A stretch of 64,000 bases of DNA, filler included, from Sphacelaria rigidula (GCA_964200075.2; 10 parts of 10 records of this genome joined end to end with filler, not necessarily neighbours in it), one strand, 5' to 3'. Shown: positions 10,736-23,177, counted from the whole stretch's first letter. A program made the numbers and translations. The notes: a model not told the origin generated them from the letters alone.

Positions 10736-12722
10736 CTAGTGGTAAGCCATGGCTGACGCGCGTGGCAGAAGTGCTGCAGGTACCCACACGGCCGGTCTCG
10801 GGCGCGTGGAGGTTCTGAGTAACATGGCGCGAACGGAAATGGCTCTGACGTCAACCATTATTGATAAGTACACGCTGGGTAAGCACATTAAGATCTTCAG
10901 CCGAACTGCAAGCTGTGACCACCGCGAATGAAGAAAGAAACCAAACCGTGCCGGCGCAAACCCGCCCTACAGAAGAAAGTAATCCATCCCAAAAAAGCAA
11001 GTGTCAAACCGGGGAGAATTGATCCCCGTCAATCGTCTGACCCCGTATCGGATGCACAGCAACAAAGCCAAAGGCCATCCAATCCTAGCTCATCAATCCT
11101 CGTCGGCAGTAGTGAGGCGTCGGTGGCCAGTATGTCGTGGGCAACACGCTGGCCGTATGCGTCAACTCGAGAGCGGAGGTCATCGTTGAGGGCCATGACT
11201 TGTTCCTGGCGCGCGTCGATGGCGTACCCGTTGGCGTTTAGGGTGTTTGCTGCGTAGACATTATGCTGTTGGAACGCCTGACGGTAGCCGTTTACGATGT
11301 TTTCGAACCCCGCTGGCCTTTCGTGACCGTCATACTCCTGGCAGACCCCTCCTGCGCAGTTCAGCGCAGCATTTATGATGGGCATGTACAACCAGGAGTA
11401 TGTTCCTCCCGGCTGGTACATGGACAACCATGCCTCCAACGTCCGACTCGCAGGGTTAATGTCTTGACCAAACCAAACGCGAGCACTTCCAGGCCTTCGT
11501 TGTTGCCCTTGTGCCTGCCTCCCTCCCGCCATTGCTCCTCTCCCCCCTGTGGATCCCCTTCCTGCTCTTGCTCCCCTTCCCGTGGCTCGTGGTGCCCCAC
11601 GCCACCCTCCCGTCCCTCGCTGCCCTCCCCTACCTCCACGCGGTGAGGGCATCTGCCCTTCCCGATCTGGCAGGAGATGCTGTGGGATCCTCTGGATAGT
11701 ATGGCGCGTGGTCTCGGAGCCGTCCAGCACCTCCCCATAAACGATGTTCTCTGTGCAAGTAGCCGTGGTACCGTCGAGCAAAGGCGTTTGGCCGTCGCCA
11801 GTTGCGATGTAGAGATTGTCTGACGAAGTCGCGCGCGAAATGGCGACGTACAACTGACCATGAGAGAAAACCGGGGTCGGCAGGTACACGCCAACGCGGT
11901 CGAGGCTTTGTCCCTGAGCCTTGTTGATCGTCATCGCGAAAGCAGGGGCAATAGGGAACTGGCGGCGTTTGAAGGCGAACGGAAGTTCGTCGTCGTTGTT
12001 GTTCATTATCATACGCGGGACGAAGGCGATATTGTCCCTGTGAGGTCCCGCAGAAATTCGAACGCGGAGAACCCGCGGTGTGGCATGCAGTACTTCGAAC
12101 CTCGTCCCATTGAAGAGGCCCAGGGTGGGGTTGATGGTTCGCAGTAGAATGTAGGGAGCTGTGACCTTGAGCACCACCTCGTGCGCGGCCATCCCAGCGG
12201 GCGTGAGGGAGGGGAGAAACTCCGGTGTGTAAACCATGGCGTCGGTGGCATCTTCCGTCTCTTCAAAACTGAATCTGGAGAAACCGGCGACCTGGACGTG
12301 CTCCATGAGGGTGGCGTTCACTTGTCGAACGATGTTGTTCCTGGGTGCCAGGATGGCGGCGTTGCCCATGTCTGAAAGTGAGAGAGGCAATGTGTGGATC
12401 CTAGAGATCAGGTTCCCAATGTCGCCAGATGGGACGCAGTGCGCGGATGGAATCTTGATCAAATGCCTGCTGTCGTCCATGTCGGGCACTTCCTCCTCTG
12501 TCCCGTCCCCGATGCCCATCTGCCATGCACAAAAATCGCGGAGGCGGGCACTGTCTGCCCCCGCGCGCAGGACACGCATGTTGACGGTGAGGGTGAGGGT
12601 GCGCACGTTGTCCCATAACGGTGAACTCTTCACGCAAGCATCTGCGACCTGAGTCCATGTTCCCCTGCGCACGACAGGAAGCACCTACCAGCAGCGGGTA
12701 CAGCGATTGTGTGTCGGGTGCA
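10736..12722 (-). mobile_element. Helitron, 3' portion (5' end cut by the contig break)
   Basis: RepHel helicase ORF; on the minus strand an imperfect GC hairpin GCCACGCGCGTCAGCCATGGC lies 6 nt before CTAG|T (10736-10739), the usual Helitron 3'-end arrangement. Confidence 0.6.
11029..12684 (-). CDS. Pif1-family DNA helicase (Helitron RepHel C-terminal part), terminal exon, with an RGG-rich and unknown C-terminal extension
   Basis: VLPVV (end of the GDFRQxLPVV motif) after a TAG acceptor; LTVNMR, ILAPRN, LFNGTR, KRRQFPIAPAFAMTINKAQGQSL, VFSHGQLYVAISR, TENIVYGEVL; no internal stops over 551 codons. Confidence 0.9.
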   Translation of the reverse strand: MLPVVRRGTWTQVADACVKSSPLWDNVRTLTLTVNMRVLRAGADSARLRDFCAWQMGIGDGTEEEVPDMDDSRHLIKIPSAHCVPSGDIGNLISRIHTLPLSLSDMGNAAILAPRNNIVRQVNATLMEHVQVAGFSRFSFEETEDATDAMVYTPEFLPSLTPAGMAAHEVVLKVTAPYILLRTINPTLGLFNGTRFEVLHATPRVLRVRISAGPHRDNIAFVPRMIMNNNDDELPFAFKRRQFPIAPAFAMTINKAQGQSLDRVGVYLPTPVFSHGQLYVAISRATSSDNLYIATGDGQTPLLDGTTATCTENIVYGEVLDGSETTRHTIQRIPQHLLPDREGQMPSPRGGRGGQRGTGGWRGAPRATGRGARAGRGSTGGRGAMAGGRQAQGQQRRPGSARVWFGQDINPASRTLEAWLSMYQPGGTYSWLYMPIINAALNCAGGVCQEYDGHERPAGFENIVNGYRQAFQQHNVYAANTLNANGYAIDARQEQVMALNDDLRSRVDAYGQRVAHDILATDASLLPTRIDELGLDGLWLCCCASDTGSDD

Positions 12723-12822
12723 NNNNNNNNNNNNNNNNNNNNNNNNNNNNNNNNNNNNNNNNNNNNTTAATTAATTAANNNNNNNNNNNNNNNNNNNNNN
12801 NNNNNNNNNNNNNNNNNNNNNN

Positions 12823-14278
12823 CGATCAAGCGGATGATGACGATTTTTGGTCTGGACCTTCCTTGGAGCACGGGGAGACGATAGATACCCTCACTTTCAC
12901 CTAATTCGTCATCTATCTCGAGAAATGGCGCACATAAGGGTCAATACTAAAATCAGTATATTACGAGCAGAGGCACTAGATGACCTAAATTTGGATATCG
13001 CGTCTCAGGTTTTGAGAGTTGTGCTATGAAATTTGGTATGGAGAACCGCTGGTGCATAATAAAAAAAAAAACACAGCCTATTCGTTTTTTTTCGGTTTTT
13101 TTCTCATCTTTTTTCGTGTTTTTAGGGGGGTTTTGAGGAGGAATGAACATTACTCTTGGGCCTTATCTCATTTTTTGAGCTCAATTTTTAGGATTGTGAT
13201 TTGAAACTTGAAACTTGGCATGGAGAACGACAAAGGTATGCTGAGTAAAAAAAATGGGCCTTCATTTTTTCATTTTTTCATGAGAGGTTCGGGCGTTCTC
13301 GTAAAAAAGTGGTCGTTACCATACTAATACGCCCTCAATCAGTGAAAAATAATAATAAAACCCAACCTCCCTCATTTTTCTTGGTTCATCACGACCTAGG
13401 AAGGTCCCGCACAAAGTTTCAACCCACTAACACCGAACGTGGGCCGATAAACGGCCTGCAAAATACTGTTCCGAATTTCCGCCCCCTCGAATTTTCACAG
13501 GTAAATTCGCAACTTTTTTCTTGGAGTTGGAAAGTGAAATTTGGTATGGACAATCAACAGGGCATGAAAAAAAGCTGTCTGTGAGGTCCCGAAGTTTTTT
13601 TTTTTCATGAGTCAAGGGCATTTTACTAAAACCTCAAAAACTGATTTTTACCCTCAGCTCATGAAAAAAAAACTTCGGGACCTTACAGACAGCTTTTCTT
13701 CATGCCCTGTTGATTGTCCATACCAAATTTCACTGTCCAACTCCAAGTAAAAAAATGCGAATTTACGTTTGAAAAACCGGGCGGGTGGAAATTTGGAACA
13801 GTATTTTGCAGGCCGTTTATCGACCCACGTTTGGTGTTTGTGGGTTGAAACATGGTGCAAGACCTCGCTAGGTCATGATGAACCAAGAAAAATGGGTGAG
13901 GTTGGTTATTATTATTATTTTTCACTAATTGAGGACGTTTTAGTATGGTAACGACCATTTTTTTCGAGAACGCCCGAATCTCTCATAAAACCAAATAAAA
14001 TGAAGACCTTTTTTTTTCTCAGCATACCTCTGTCGTTCTCCATGCCAAGTTTCAAATCACAATTCTAAAAATTGAGCTGAGAAATTGAGATAAGCCCCAA
14101 GAGCAATGCTCATTTCTCCTCAAAACTCCCCTAAAAACACGAAAAAAGATGAAAAAAAAACCGAAAAAGTTGTGGTTTTTATTTCATTATGGACTAGCGG
14201 TTTTCCATACCAAATATCATAGCACAACAACTCTCAAAAACTGAGACGCGATATCCAGATTAGATCATCTAGTGCCTC
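12823..14278. mobile_element. Family A foldback copy: ~1.3-kb palindrome (12970-14278) with a ~45-bp central spacer
   Basis: GAGGCACTAGATGA (12970) pairs with TCATCTAGTGCCTC (ending 14278); mirror ORFs 13309(+) and 13683(-); centre near 13612-13656. Confidence 0.9.
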
Positions 14279-14380
14279 GATTGGCCTGGATTTCAGCCTC
14301 CGGTTTGTCCAGCAATTATTTCACACGTCGGACGAGTTATTACTCGTCGAAACGAGAGCACTCGTTGCTGTTTTTTGACA

Positions 14381-14566
14381 TCACAACGAGCATGACTCGA
14401 GTACTCGCCCGATTGATTTTTCCACAACGAGCAACGACTCGAGTACTCGCCCTATTGATTTTTCCAAAAAAAGCAATGACTCGCGTATTCGCGCTGTTGA
14501 TTTTTCCACAACGAGCAATGACTCGAGTGACTCCAGTATTCACCCCGTTACTTTTTACACAACGAG
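14381..14566. repeat. Minisatellite, ~42-bp unit, about 4 copies
   Basis: CACAACGAGCAATGACTCGAGTACTCGCCCGATTGATTTTTC-like units. Confidence 0.85.
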
Positions 14567-14942
14567 TTGGGCCAGCCTGAACACGGATTTAAGCCCTCAA
14601 AGCGATATCTCAACGACACAGACGAGTTGGACCGTGATCCGCATATCGTATTAATCGTCTAATCAAGGGGAAGATGCCCATCTGCTCAAAAATATCGGCC
14701 TTTTTTTGTCGTTGATTAAACCCCATGTCTAGTAACTCCTATAACTCGGGGGGATAGCGTCCACACTAAAATCTATATGAAACCCCGAGCGATCCATTGA
14801 GTGGATGATCACGATTTTTAGTGTGGACCTTCCCTGGAGCACGGGGAGACGATAGATACCCTGACCTTCACCTAAGTCGTTAGATATCTCGAGATATGGC
14901 GCACAGAAATTTACATCCTCAAATCAGTATATTACGAACAGA
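14563..14942 (+). mobile_element. Family A outer-arm fragment
   Basis: CGAGTTGGGCCAGCC terminus; 14800-14942 directly repeats 12830-12971 (TGGACCTTCC.TGGAGCACGGGGAGACGATAGATACCCT...). Confidence 0.75.
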
Positions 14943-15099
14943 TACGTTTACGATAGTACTACTGTATGTACTGCTCTGTACTGCTCTGCGCTGTACTGTA
15001 CTGCGCTGAGCTGTGCTGTACTGTTGTACTTCTTGTTGCCATGGCGCCAAGAACGGCTTCCGCCGGGTTTCATGAACAAAAACGTACATTTACAGCATG

Positions 15100-16800
15100 T
15101 ATATTAAACGAAAGACATGCCTTGTACCTCGAGCTCGCAAGATGGGTCGAGTAGGCGCTCTCCTGGATCCCGACTGCAGAGAATGCCGGTACGGCCGCCA
15201 CCAAGAGATGGGGTAGTAACAGTACGGTCAACGTCCCCATGGGGAGTGCGTCTCAAGCCGATACCGCATTCCGGGGATTCTTCTTTCGGAATCGACGTTG
15301 CCCTGGACTGTTCTGCGCTAAGCATCATGATTTATGTGAGCCACGGAGACAAGGATTTTCCTGTGTGCATATGCGCGCAGTGCGCCGCATCCGTACAACC
15401 TTCGCTGTAATATTTGCATAGTCTTGTTCGCACGAACTACATAGCGGTGCGATATGTTCCTCTTCAACTGGGCTCTCAAAAATCAACCGTCGGGAACCTG
15501 AAACGCCATACCCTTCAATTCCGCCGCAGTCGCCGCAGTTAGGTCCTGTACAACTGCCGTGTTCATCTCTCGCGCGTTGCATTCGAGCTTACGAATTGGG
15601 CGACGTCGCAACCCTGATGGACAGGGTGAAAAAAGTACAGGATGATGTCGAGGTGAAACTGGATAATTTGGAGGACTGAGGACGACTGAGAATTTTTAAT
15701 ACACACATGATCGCCGCGTGCGCACAGCCTCGCGCATGTTTAATTCGTTTGCCCTCCCTGCGGAAAGTTACCAGGGCCTGCCGCAGCCTTTTGAAGAAAT
15801 TGTCAAGGGTAGGGTACCTGTTCCAAGGCATTCTGTACTGTCGGACCTACAACGATGAAGCGCGAAGCACAATTATTTAGCTCATGTTTGCCACCACTGC
15901 GAATGTACATGATTCGACTTTTATTTTAATATGCTCCTGCACGGAAGATCCCAAAACCCCGGCAGCCATGGTCAAGGCGCCTGGTTTTGCATGGTATTGT
16001 ACGTGATATGGGGCAATTGGTCTGTTATCCGGAAATGAAGTATAATAATATGAACCATCATAGTGTGTAGTGTAGAGTACGAAATAGTGTCATTGTTCGG
16101 GATGGCCACGCTGTGTGAAGTCTCTATCGAAGTCAGCTGAGGGACTTGCATCAGCACAATTGTGTACATGCTCATGTGCCTTGAGGAGAAACACGTTGAT
16201 CATCGGGAAATTGCCGCCGGCCGATATGCCAACACGACGTAGTACAGCGCAGCTTACTGACGATTTCGAAGCGTGCTGGCACAAACAGTATTGGTTGCAT
16301 GCTAAAGTAGTAGATCCCGGAAGACTCCACATAAGAGGTGCAGCACAAGTACTGTCTTGCAAGCTTACCAGGTTGCGCGTTAGACGGCATAGAAAAATAT
16401 TCGGCAACCTTTCTGATAACTAAGCGAACGTTGCTGTACCCAAACGCTCGCGTGGTCTGGACAAGATGTTCGACAATGCCCGGAGCGGAGCCAGCAATAC
16501 CTCTGAGATGTTCGATGTCCTCCAAGGGAAACTCAGACCACAGCCCAAGGGTACGGGCCAAGGTGGAAACGTATCGAGCGGTCACTCTACCATGAGAGCG
16601 CACTACTATGGGTCCGATCCGAACACCGTGCTTAGCAAAGCAAACCTTCAACGAATACATGCATTTCTGGATGAGCCCCAGAAGCACCTCGGTCAGGTTA
16701 GTCAACATGCGTATAATGTCGTTTGCCTGGTGTGCCGTAAAACCGGTGGAAACATCACAGCATCACCAGGAGGGACTTCCAAAGTCGGGTAAGCCTTATC
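15100..16800 (+). pseudogene. Possible decayed CxC/KDZ-like transposase remnant
   Basis: Frame-broken fragments CVH, CSC, DGIEKYSATFLITKRTLL and VCLVCRKTGG..GTSKVG resemble the CxC / T..LL / CxxC..DG order; many stops. Confidence 0.3.
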
Positions 16801-19361
16801 TTGGCTCCGGCACTTCTTACATAGAGAAAATACCATTCTCATTCGAGATCCCATGGAGAATCCGAATCCGAGGTATATGAAATTTTCGATGTTGTCTCTC
16901 CGCCGACTGTAAGTTAATCTTGCACGCTTGATGTGTAAAATTAATATTGTTATATCCCACCCTAGAAGTCGAACCCACGCCATCGAATCAAGGGGAGGGG
17001 GGGCGCAAGGGGGATCGTGTGCACAATCATCAGTAGCATAGGCCACAGAGTCTCACTCTCCCCGAGGAGTCGATAGACGAAGTGGGATGCTTCGCATGTT
17101 ACTGTGCTATTAAAGAGTTTCGGGAAACGTTAGTTCAAACCTTAGAATCAGAGTGGAAGGAAAAATAGCCGGCAACGGTGCACGTTCCACTATGAGGTAT
17201 TTTTTTAGAGCGAATTATTCAGAGTCAGAGTGCCGTTTGCACCACTTCACTCTGAAAACCGTTGTTCCTCTCCTCGGAGAGCACATAGTGGAATGAAAAA
17301 GAACCACGCCTACCTTCACCACCATGGTCACGTTCAGTCCAAAGTGCGACATTCATCATCCACCAAAACTGTCAAACTCATCACAAGGGGCCATTCACGA
17401 AGTAGAAAAGCTTGGCATCGCAATCAGAACACCTGCCTGACGCCACCATGGTATCAGCATTCGCTTGGTTGTGTTGCGTGAAAATTCGAATGCTCGGCGG
17501 GTACACGTTGCCTTGGGTGCAGCTCCCCACTCTTGCCAGCTTCAGCTGGAAGAATAAGACGGCAGGGACGATTCGTAGCGTACGCAGCGTACAAGCAGTA
17601 CTACACCTGGCTGTATTCCTATCCCGTAAGAGATCATGTCACCGTTATGGGTGGGATGTGGGAAAATCATCGCAATGCGGCCGAGGTCTGCTGTTTGAAA
17701 GTGCTGGGCACCCTCCTGTCTGTACTACTGTTTGTACAACTGACTCTCTGTACGGTATCGCTGTACAGTAGTTCACTGCATCACAATGCACTGACAGTTG
17801 TGGGATTGTGTATTGAACTTTCTGCAATGCACTGTACTCCACGCTGCATAGCACTACAGCACTACCGCACTACAATGTCCTGTAGTGCGCCGTAGTGGAT
17901 TGAGGCACTGCAGGTGCAGTGAAAAAGCGTAGTGTACGGCGCGTAGGATGCCGCAGTGTACGGTACAGACAGTCAGTGTTGTGCCGGCCTACGGTCTACG
18001 CACTTTCAAACTGGACCTTGGTCGATCGTACATTCGGCGGGGCAACCTGTGGCCAATCACTGCGACAAATGAATATCACGTCAAGCCACTTCACATCAGC
18101 TCCCGCTATGAACGTTTTAACGCCCACTATGAAGTTTCTAAGCTTCCACTCTGCACTCTGACTCTATGATAAAAAAAAAACATCATCCGAAACGCTCTAT
18201 TTTTCACTCTACCGCAGATGGACTGAGTGGTTATTCAGAGAAAAAACACGCGCGCTGAGATGTAGGTGGTAGCGTCAATGCTATTATTCGTGCTGCCGCC
18301 CGTATAACTCGCCGGAACGGCGATACGCGTTCCTGTACAATGCACTTTGTGCTGTAGATCTCGTGTAGATGACGTTTGAGCCGTGAAAAGTTGATTTTTG
18401 AGTAGTACCCGTATAACCTAGCAAAAAGCACTGACGAAATTTCACGTGGCGAGTTTTGCGCGCGCCCTTATCCTATGTTTTTACGAGCTCCGTGAGGATT
18501 TGGTCAAACCCTCCCCTGCGAACACAATTGAAGGTTTCAGCAGTTAGGTCGACAGTTATTAAGCATCTGTGATCTCGCCGGGAAGGTCCACACACCATAT
18601 GCATTACTCATAATGGAATTGAACTTTGAACTAGCGAGCGCTCGCTGATTCAAAGGTCGAATATCCCCTTTATAAACACACTATTTGCCCAAGGATATGA
18701 ATAGCCACCCCGTTGGGAACGTCGTCTGCCGTTTTGGCTTCTCAGCACGAACAACGATACTGAAAACGAATCGCGATACCCTAGACTATACTATTGATAC
18801 ATGGGCAAGGTATGGGGTAGGGTGTATACGCTTTGTGGCACCTCTCACGTGTTGAGGGTGTCGTATTACTCGTACGTCCAAGTTCAAATACAGTGAAGGA
18901 TGATAACAGCTCCCATGAGCGGTCGGGGTGGAAATGTAAAGACTTCGTCTTCGGGGATTGATTAACGGGGTTTAATATACTGGTTCTAGAGCCACCTCTC
19001 ACACGGTTAGAGGCCCCACCGTTTCTGGGTAGCATACAAAGACGGCAGTTGACACCCTTCCCTGGACGGTGTGAGCATGTTTGGGGGGGGGGGGGGGGGG
19101 GACCCCTTTTTTTTTTCGCTCGGCCTTTTGACNNNNNNNNNNNNNNNNNNNNNNNNNNNNNNNNNNNNNNNNNNNNTTAATTAATTAANNNNNNNNNNNN
19201 NNNNNNNNNNNNNNNNNNNNNNNNNNNNNNNNACACCTCATTTGAAATGGGGGCGTTGTGTGTTTTCTTCGCTTTTTTTTTCCGAGCCAAGGCAAGCAAC
19301 CCAGAACACCCCCCCCCCCCCCCCCCCCCCTCACCCCATCGTATTCAAAGTATTCAACTTG

Positions 19362-20977
19362 ATAAGCAAGGAGTCTAGGTGGGGAAAGATATGGGGTCAG
19401 GATTGATGTTCGAGGATGATTCGTGGGGATATCAGAAACACCAGAGGGTTTGCAGAAACAGATAGACAAGGCGCTATAACACACCAGGAAATGGAGGGTG
19501 ACAGCGAACGAAAACAAATGCGCGGTACTCGTATGTAACAAAGATTAGAAAAATCCGGTAGAGTTTAAATGGAAGTGGGGAGAAGACGAACTGGCGATCG
19601 TAGACCAGTAAACATACCTTGGCGTAGAGATCTAAATAAACTGCTCTTGGGGTGCGCACACATAAATGGGGCAATATAAAGGAGGAATTCACAGATAGGA
19701 AACATGGACGTGATCCTCAGAGACTCGCACTTATAACTGGGATTAAGATATGTATCCTGATGAACGTTATTGTGCCAGAGCTGGAATATGCAGGATAAAT
19801 GTGGGAGGGGAACGCGAAGTTGGTGAATAAGTTGGAAATAGCAGCAGCTAAGAAAGCACTGAGAGCAGAGTTGGGGATGTACCCACTCAAAACAAACAGG
19901 GAGACATGAGAAAATTGAAATGACACTATGGCGTAAATAAGACGCACAGAGATTGCCAGCCGCAGTTGATAAGGGGCTGTATGAAGGGAAAATACGAAAG
20001 GGCAGGGTGGAATAAGGTGGGATAAAGTAGTCGAGAACATATGGAAGGGGATGGGAGCTAAGCAACACAAAATACTGTCCATAGGTGAAGGTGCGGGGTA
20101 AAAGATAAAAGTAAGAGACATGATGGAAGTAAGGGAGAAAGAAGCGCTCAGACACAAAGTAGATGAGGAAGATTACCTGAAGATATACGGGGTGTTGAGA
20201 GAAGGAATAGGAGTGAAAGCATATCTGCATGGCGCAATGAACTCGGCGAAAATTTGAAACTGCGATTTCGGGTGGGGGACCTGGACCTGTCAGAAAGAAG
20301 AAAGAGATATACCAGGAGTAGAAAGGAGGAGGACGTAGATGCACAGAATTGCCCATGTGGCAAAGCAACAAAGAGTAGAACCCATACAGTCGCAGAATGT
20401 GAACCGTCGCACTTCGAATTCCTTCCCTTCCTCGGGACGAGTCCGTTGTCTAATGGCCATCCCATCTCTCCCCCGGTACACGCGTTGAAGTTTGGTCTCC
20501 CAGATTGGGTCAGCACTCCCTCACCACATCTTCTCACGCCAAACAAACTTGGTCGACTACTTTGTTTACTCACGTTCTCACGTGTTTCATGTGGAAATCA
20601 GATATTACAAAAAAAAAACCAACGCACCGGGAATCCAATCCTCGTTCTCGCCATTCTAATAGCGACAGTCGGATCATTCCACCACCGAGACGATACAAGG
20701 AGGAACGGGACGTGAACGAAGGTGGCATGAAAATATTTGGTGCATTGGACAGTAGTGAGAACGCGATGGCCATACTAGGAATTAGAGGGTTGTCCCAGAC
20801 GGCGAGATTGGGTATGTAAACGGTTTTAGTGTAGTGTATGGACGAACTGTAATGGGCACCGGAATGTTGGCGGTATCTCTATTAGGAGTGGGAACGGTGC
20901 TCCGTTTCGAAAGGGATGCGTGTTCAATGGTCAAATGACTAAGGCAAGTAACAAATAAGTACGCCCCTCCCCCCCCA
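19362..20977 (+). mobile_element. Decayed LINE: RT C-terminal half to 3' end
   Basis: GLMFEDD(F)VGISETPEGLQKQIDKAL..RKWRVTAN, YLG motif, KLRFRVGDLDL, CPCG..H.V.EC; ends AAATAAGTACG plus a C-tract; homologous to 36040-37464. Confidence 0.85.
20407..20693 (-). mobile_element. SINE family 2 (tRNA-like head) inserted in the LINE
   Basis: Interrupts the host TGTGAAC(T/C)G..TACAAG (intact near 37120); the minus-strand head has A/B-box-like CGGTGGTGGAATG and GGATTGGATTCCCGG; its 3' part is shared with 51115-51182. Confidence 0.55.
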
Positions 20978-21072
20978 TCGCATTTTATTGGTCCATACCT
21001 CAGCCAATCACATTTCGTGAACCTTCCCCTCACATCCCGCTCCCTCTCACCTCAACTACAACAACAAAACAG

Positions 21073-22551
21073 GCTTCAGGAGACGAGGGGGTCCCGAATC
21101 AAATTTGCTCAGAACCGTACGACTGCATCCAGAAAGACGAGCGTGAGGGCGGGCGCGAGGACCTAGACCACGACCCCAATTCGATGGTAACTACCACGAC
21201 TCTGCCTACGCCCGCCGACGGACGGCCCACGTTGATGCTAAAGGCCGCAGAGGAGCACACGGACGAGCAACGAAACGAAGCTTCTAGTGAGACGAGCGTC
21301 GACCGCGAAGTTTCTGAAGAGTCTAGCGCGTGCGAGCCGATGACTCTCCTGCCACTCGACAGCGTCACTCAGACCGGCGGTAATGATGGCGGCGTCGGTG
21401 GCAGCAATGACCCCGACCTGCCCTCAACAAAGTTGGACCACTCCTCGAGGGACTCGAACCGGCGCTCTCAGGCAATCCAAACGGAGGACGCGACCATTAA
21501 GAACAGAGAAGAGCGTCGACTTAGCAACAGACACGAGAATAAACGCGCTCTCCCTAGCGAGCCATGCTCTCTTGAGTTGCGACCCAAAGGCAGAGATGAG
21601 AGTCCCTCCCTCCCTAAACGCCACCGCTCCACAACGCGACACTCTGAAGACGCCCGACAAAGGGATATGAAAAATATTGACGTGGACGACGAGTGCATCG
21701 GCTGGGCGATGGGGCACGAAGACGAAGGCGATGGGGATAACGAGAATGATCCGCTGGCACAAAAGTGGCGAGGAAATAACCTCTGCAGGTCCCACTCTCG
21801 ACAGTCGCTGTTTGAAAAAATGGGGTCGCTTGTGCGTGGACACGCTGCATCGAAGATAACTCCAAGAAATCGGATGTCGTCACGAGAAAAAGGGGATGAG
21901 AGAGTCGATCGACCAACCGATCGCGTGCCTGAGGCGCACGGAAGGTCACAGATGCATTCATTCAGCAAGGGCCGATCACGCCGCATCCACTCGGTAAGAT
22001 CGCTGAGCCCAGGGGCTAGCCCCAGTGTTGACCGCCGAGCGGCGCGGGAGAATAATCCGACGCCCCCCAAAATAGAGAAAGATGACGTCGGAATGACTGA
22101 GATTACCCGTGCGTCGGAGCATAGACGTCACTGTGATGACCTTCTCCAAGAAACACCGGAGGAACAGGGTAAGCATGGCCGTGAACCGTCGCCGAACAAC
22201 ATGTCGCGTGACGGAGGGGAGGTCCACAGCAGCAGCAGGGTCTCCATACGCGCTAAGCGCAGGTCCACCGGCTCTGTATCTGCGACATACAGTGCGGGGG
22301 ATGGTGGCGACAGTGCTCGAGAGAAAGAAAGTAGTGAACCCATGAGCGACAGGGCTTACCCTCGGGAAAAGCGACGAAGAAGCTGTAATCCCCAGCGGAT
22401 GGTAGATATTTCGGGTGATCCTGTAGGGCCACCTCGCGGTGACGGTTCGCAGGTGCACATCGAGAGTGGTGCTCCCGGAGGGGACGCAAACAGGAGGGAG
22501 GGCACGAGAAATAGACGTCGATCCAGTGACGACGCGGACGGCAGCACCCGG
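21073..22551 (+). CDS. Large low-complexity (R/S/D/E-rich) exon of a putative MORN-repeat protein gene
   Basis: CAG acceptor at 21070-21072, 493 open codons, CGG|GTGAGC donor in phase 0. Confidence 0.6.
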
Positions 22552-23177
22552 GTGAGCAGAGTTGAGGACATCATCGCTCGGGGCGTGCCGAATTCCGTTC
22601 GCACTGTTTTCTGCGTCCCAGGCTGCTGGTGGCTCATGAACTCAATATCGTAGGTGTTGAACTCCGGAGATGTTCTGGTGGTGTACGGTTGTTGAGAAAG
22701 GCTTGGAGCTAAAGGCAGTATCATATCATGGAATGCGATGTATGATTTGATATATGATGTGATATAAGAATAGCAACATCGCGAACGAAGCCCCGCGATA
22801 TCGGTGCATATAAGATGAGCATAGCATAGGAAGTCGAATGGTATTATATCTTAGCGTGTGCTCATGATATGCTATGAAGTCCACAACTCAGGTCTTTAGC
22901 GAGTTGGATAGCTCACGCTCGAGCTAGAGGAAGCGTACCATGGTGAAATCAGTGATTTCCCACCAGTGCCAGCTCACTACTCGCCAAGAGTGGGTATACA
23001 GCTGTGTACCGCTCGGAAGCAGGTCTTCCGATAGTCGATGGATATTAGATAAACCGTCAGTAATGTACTACAACTGTTTCCGACCACACGCTGGCACGGA
23101 CGATGGACGATGCACACCCGGCAAGGGAAGCGGCAAGTAGCTAGCAGCATTGCTGTCTCGTACCCAGCCGCAAGCAG

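Noticed and set aside
13309..13958. Two near-identical 91-aa ORFs on opposite strands
   Set aside because: Mirror translations of an AT-rich foldback element; no protein-like features, and other family copies do not keep the frame.
19565..20371. 268-aa minus-strand ORF (and similarly 35936..36784)
   Set aside because: Antisense shadow of a purine-rich decayed LINE; the RT motifs are on the plus strand.
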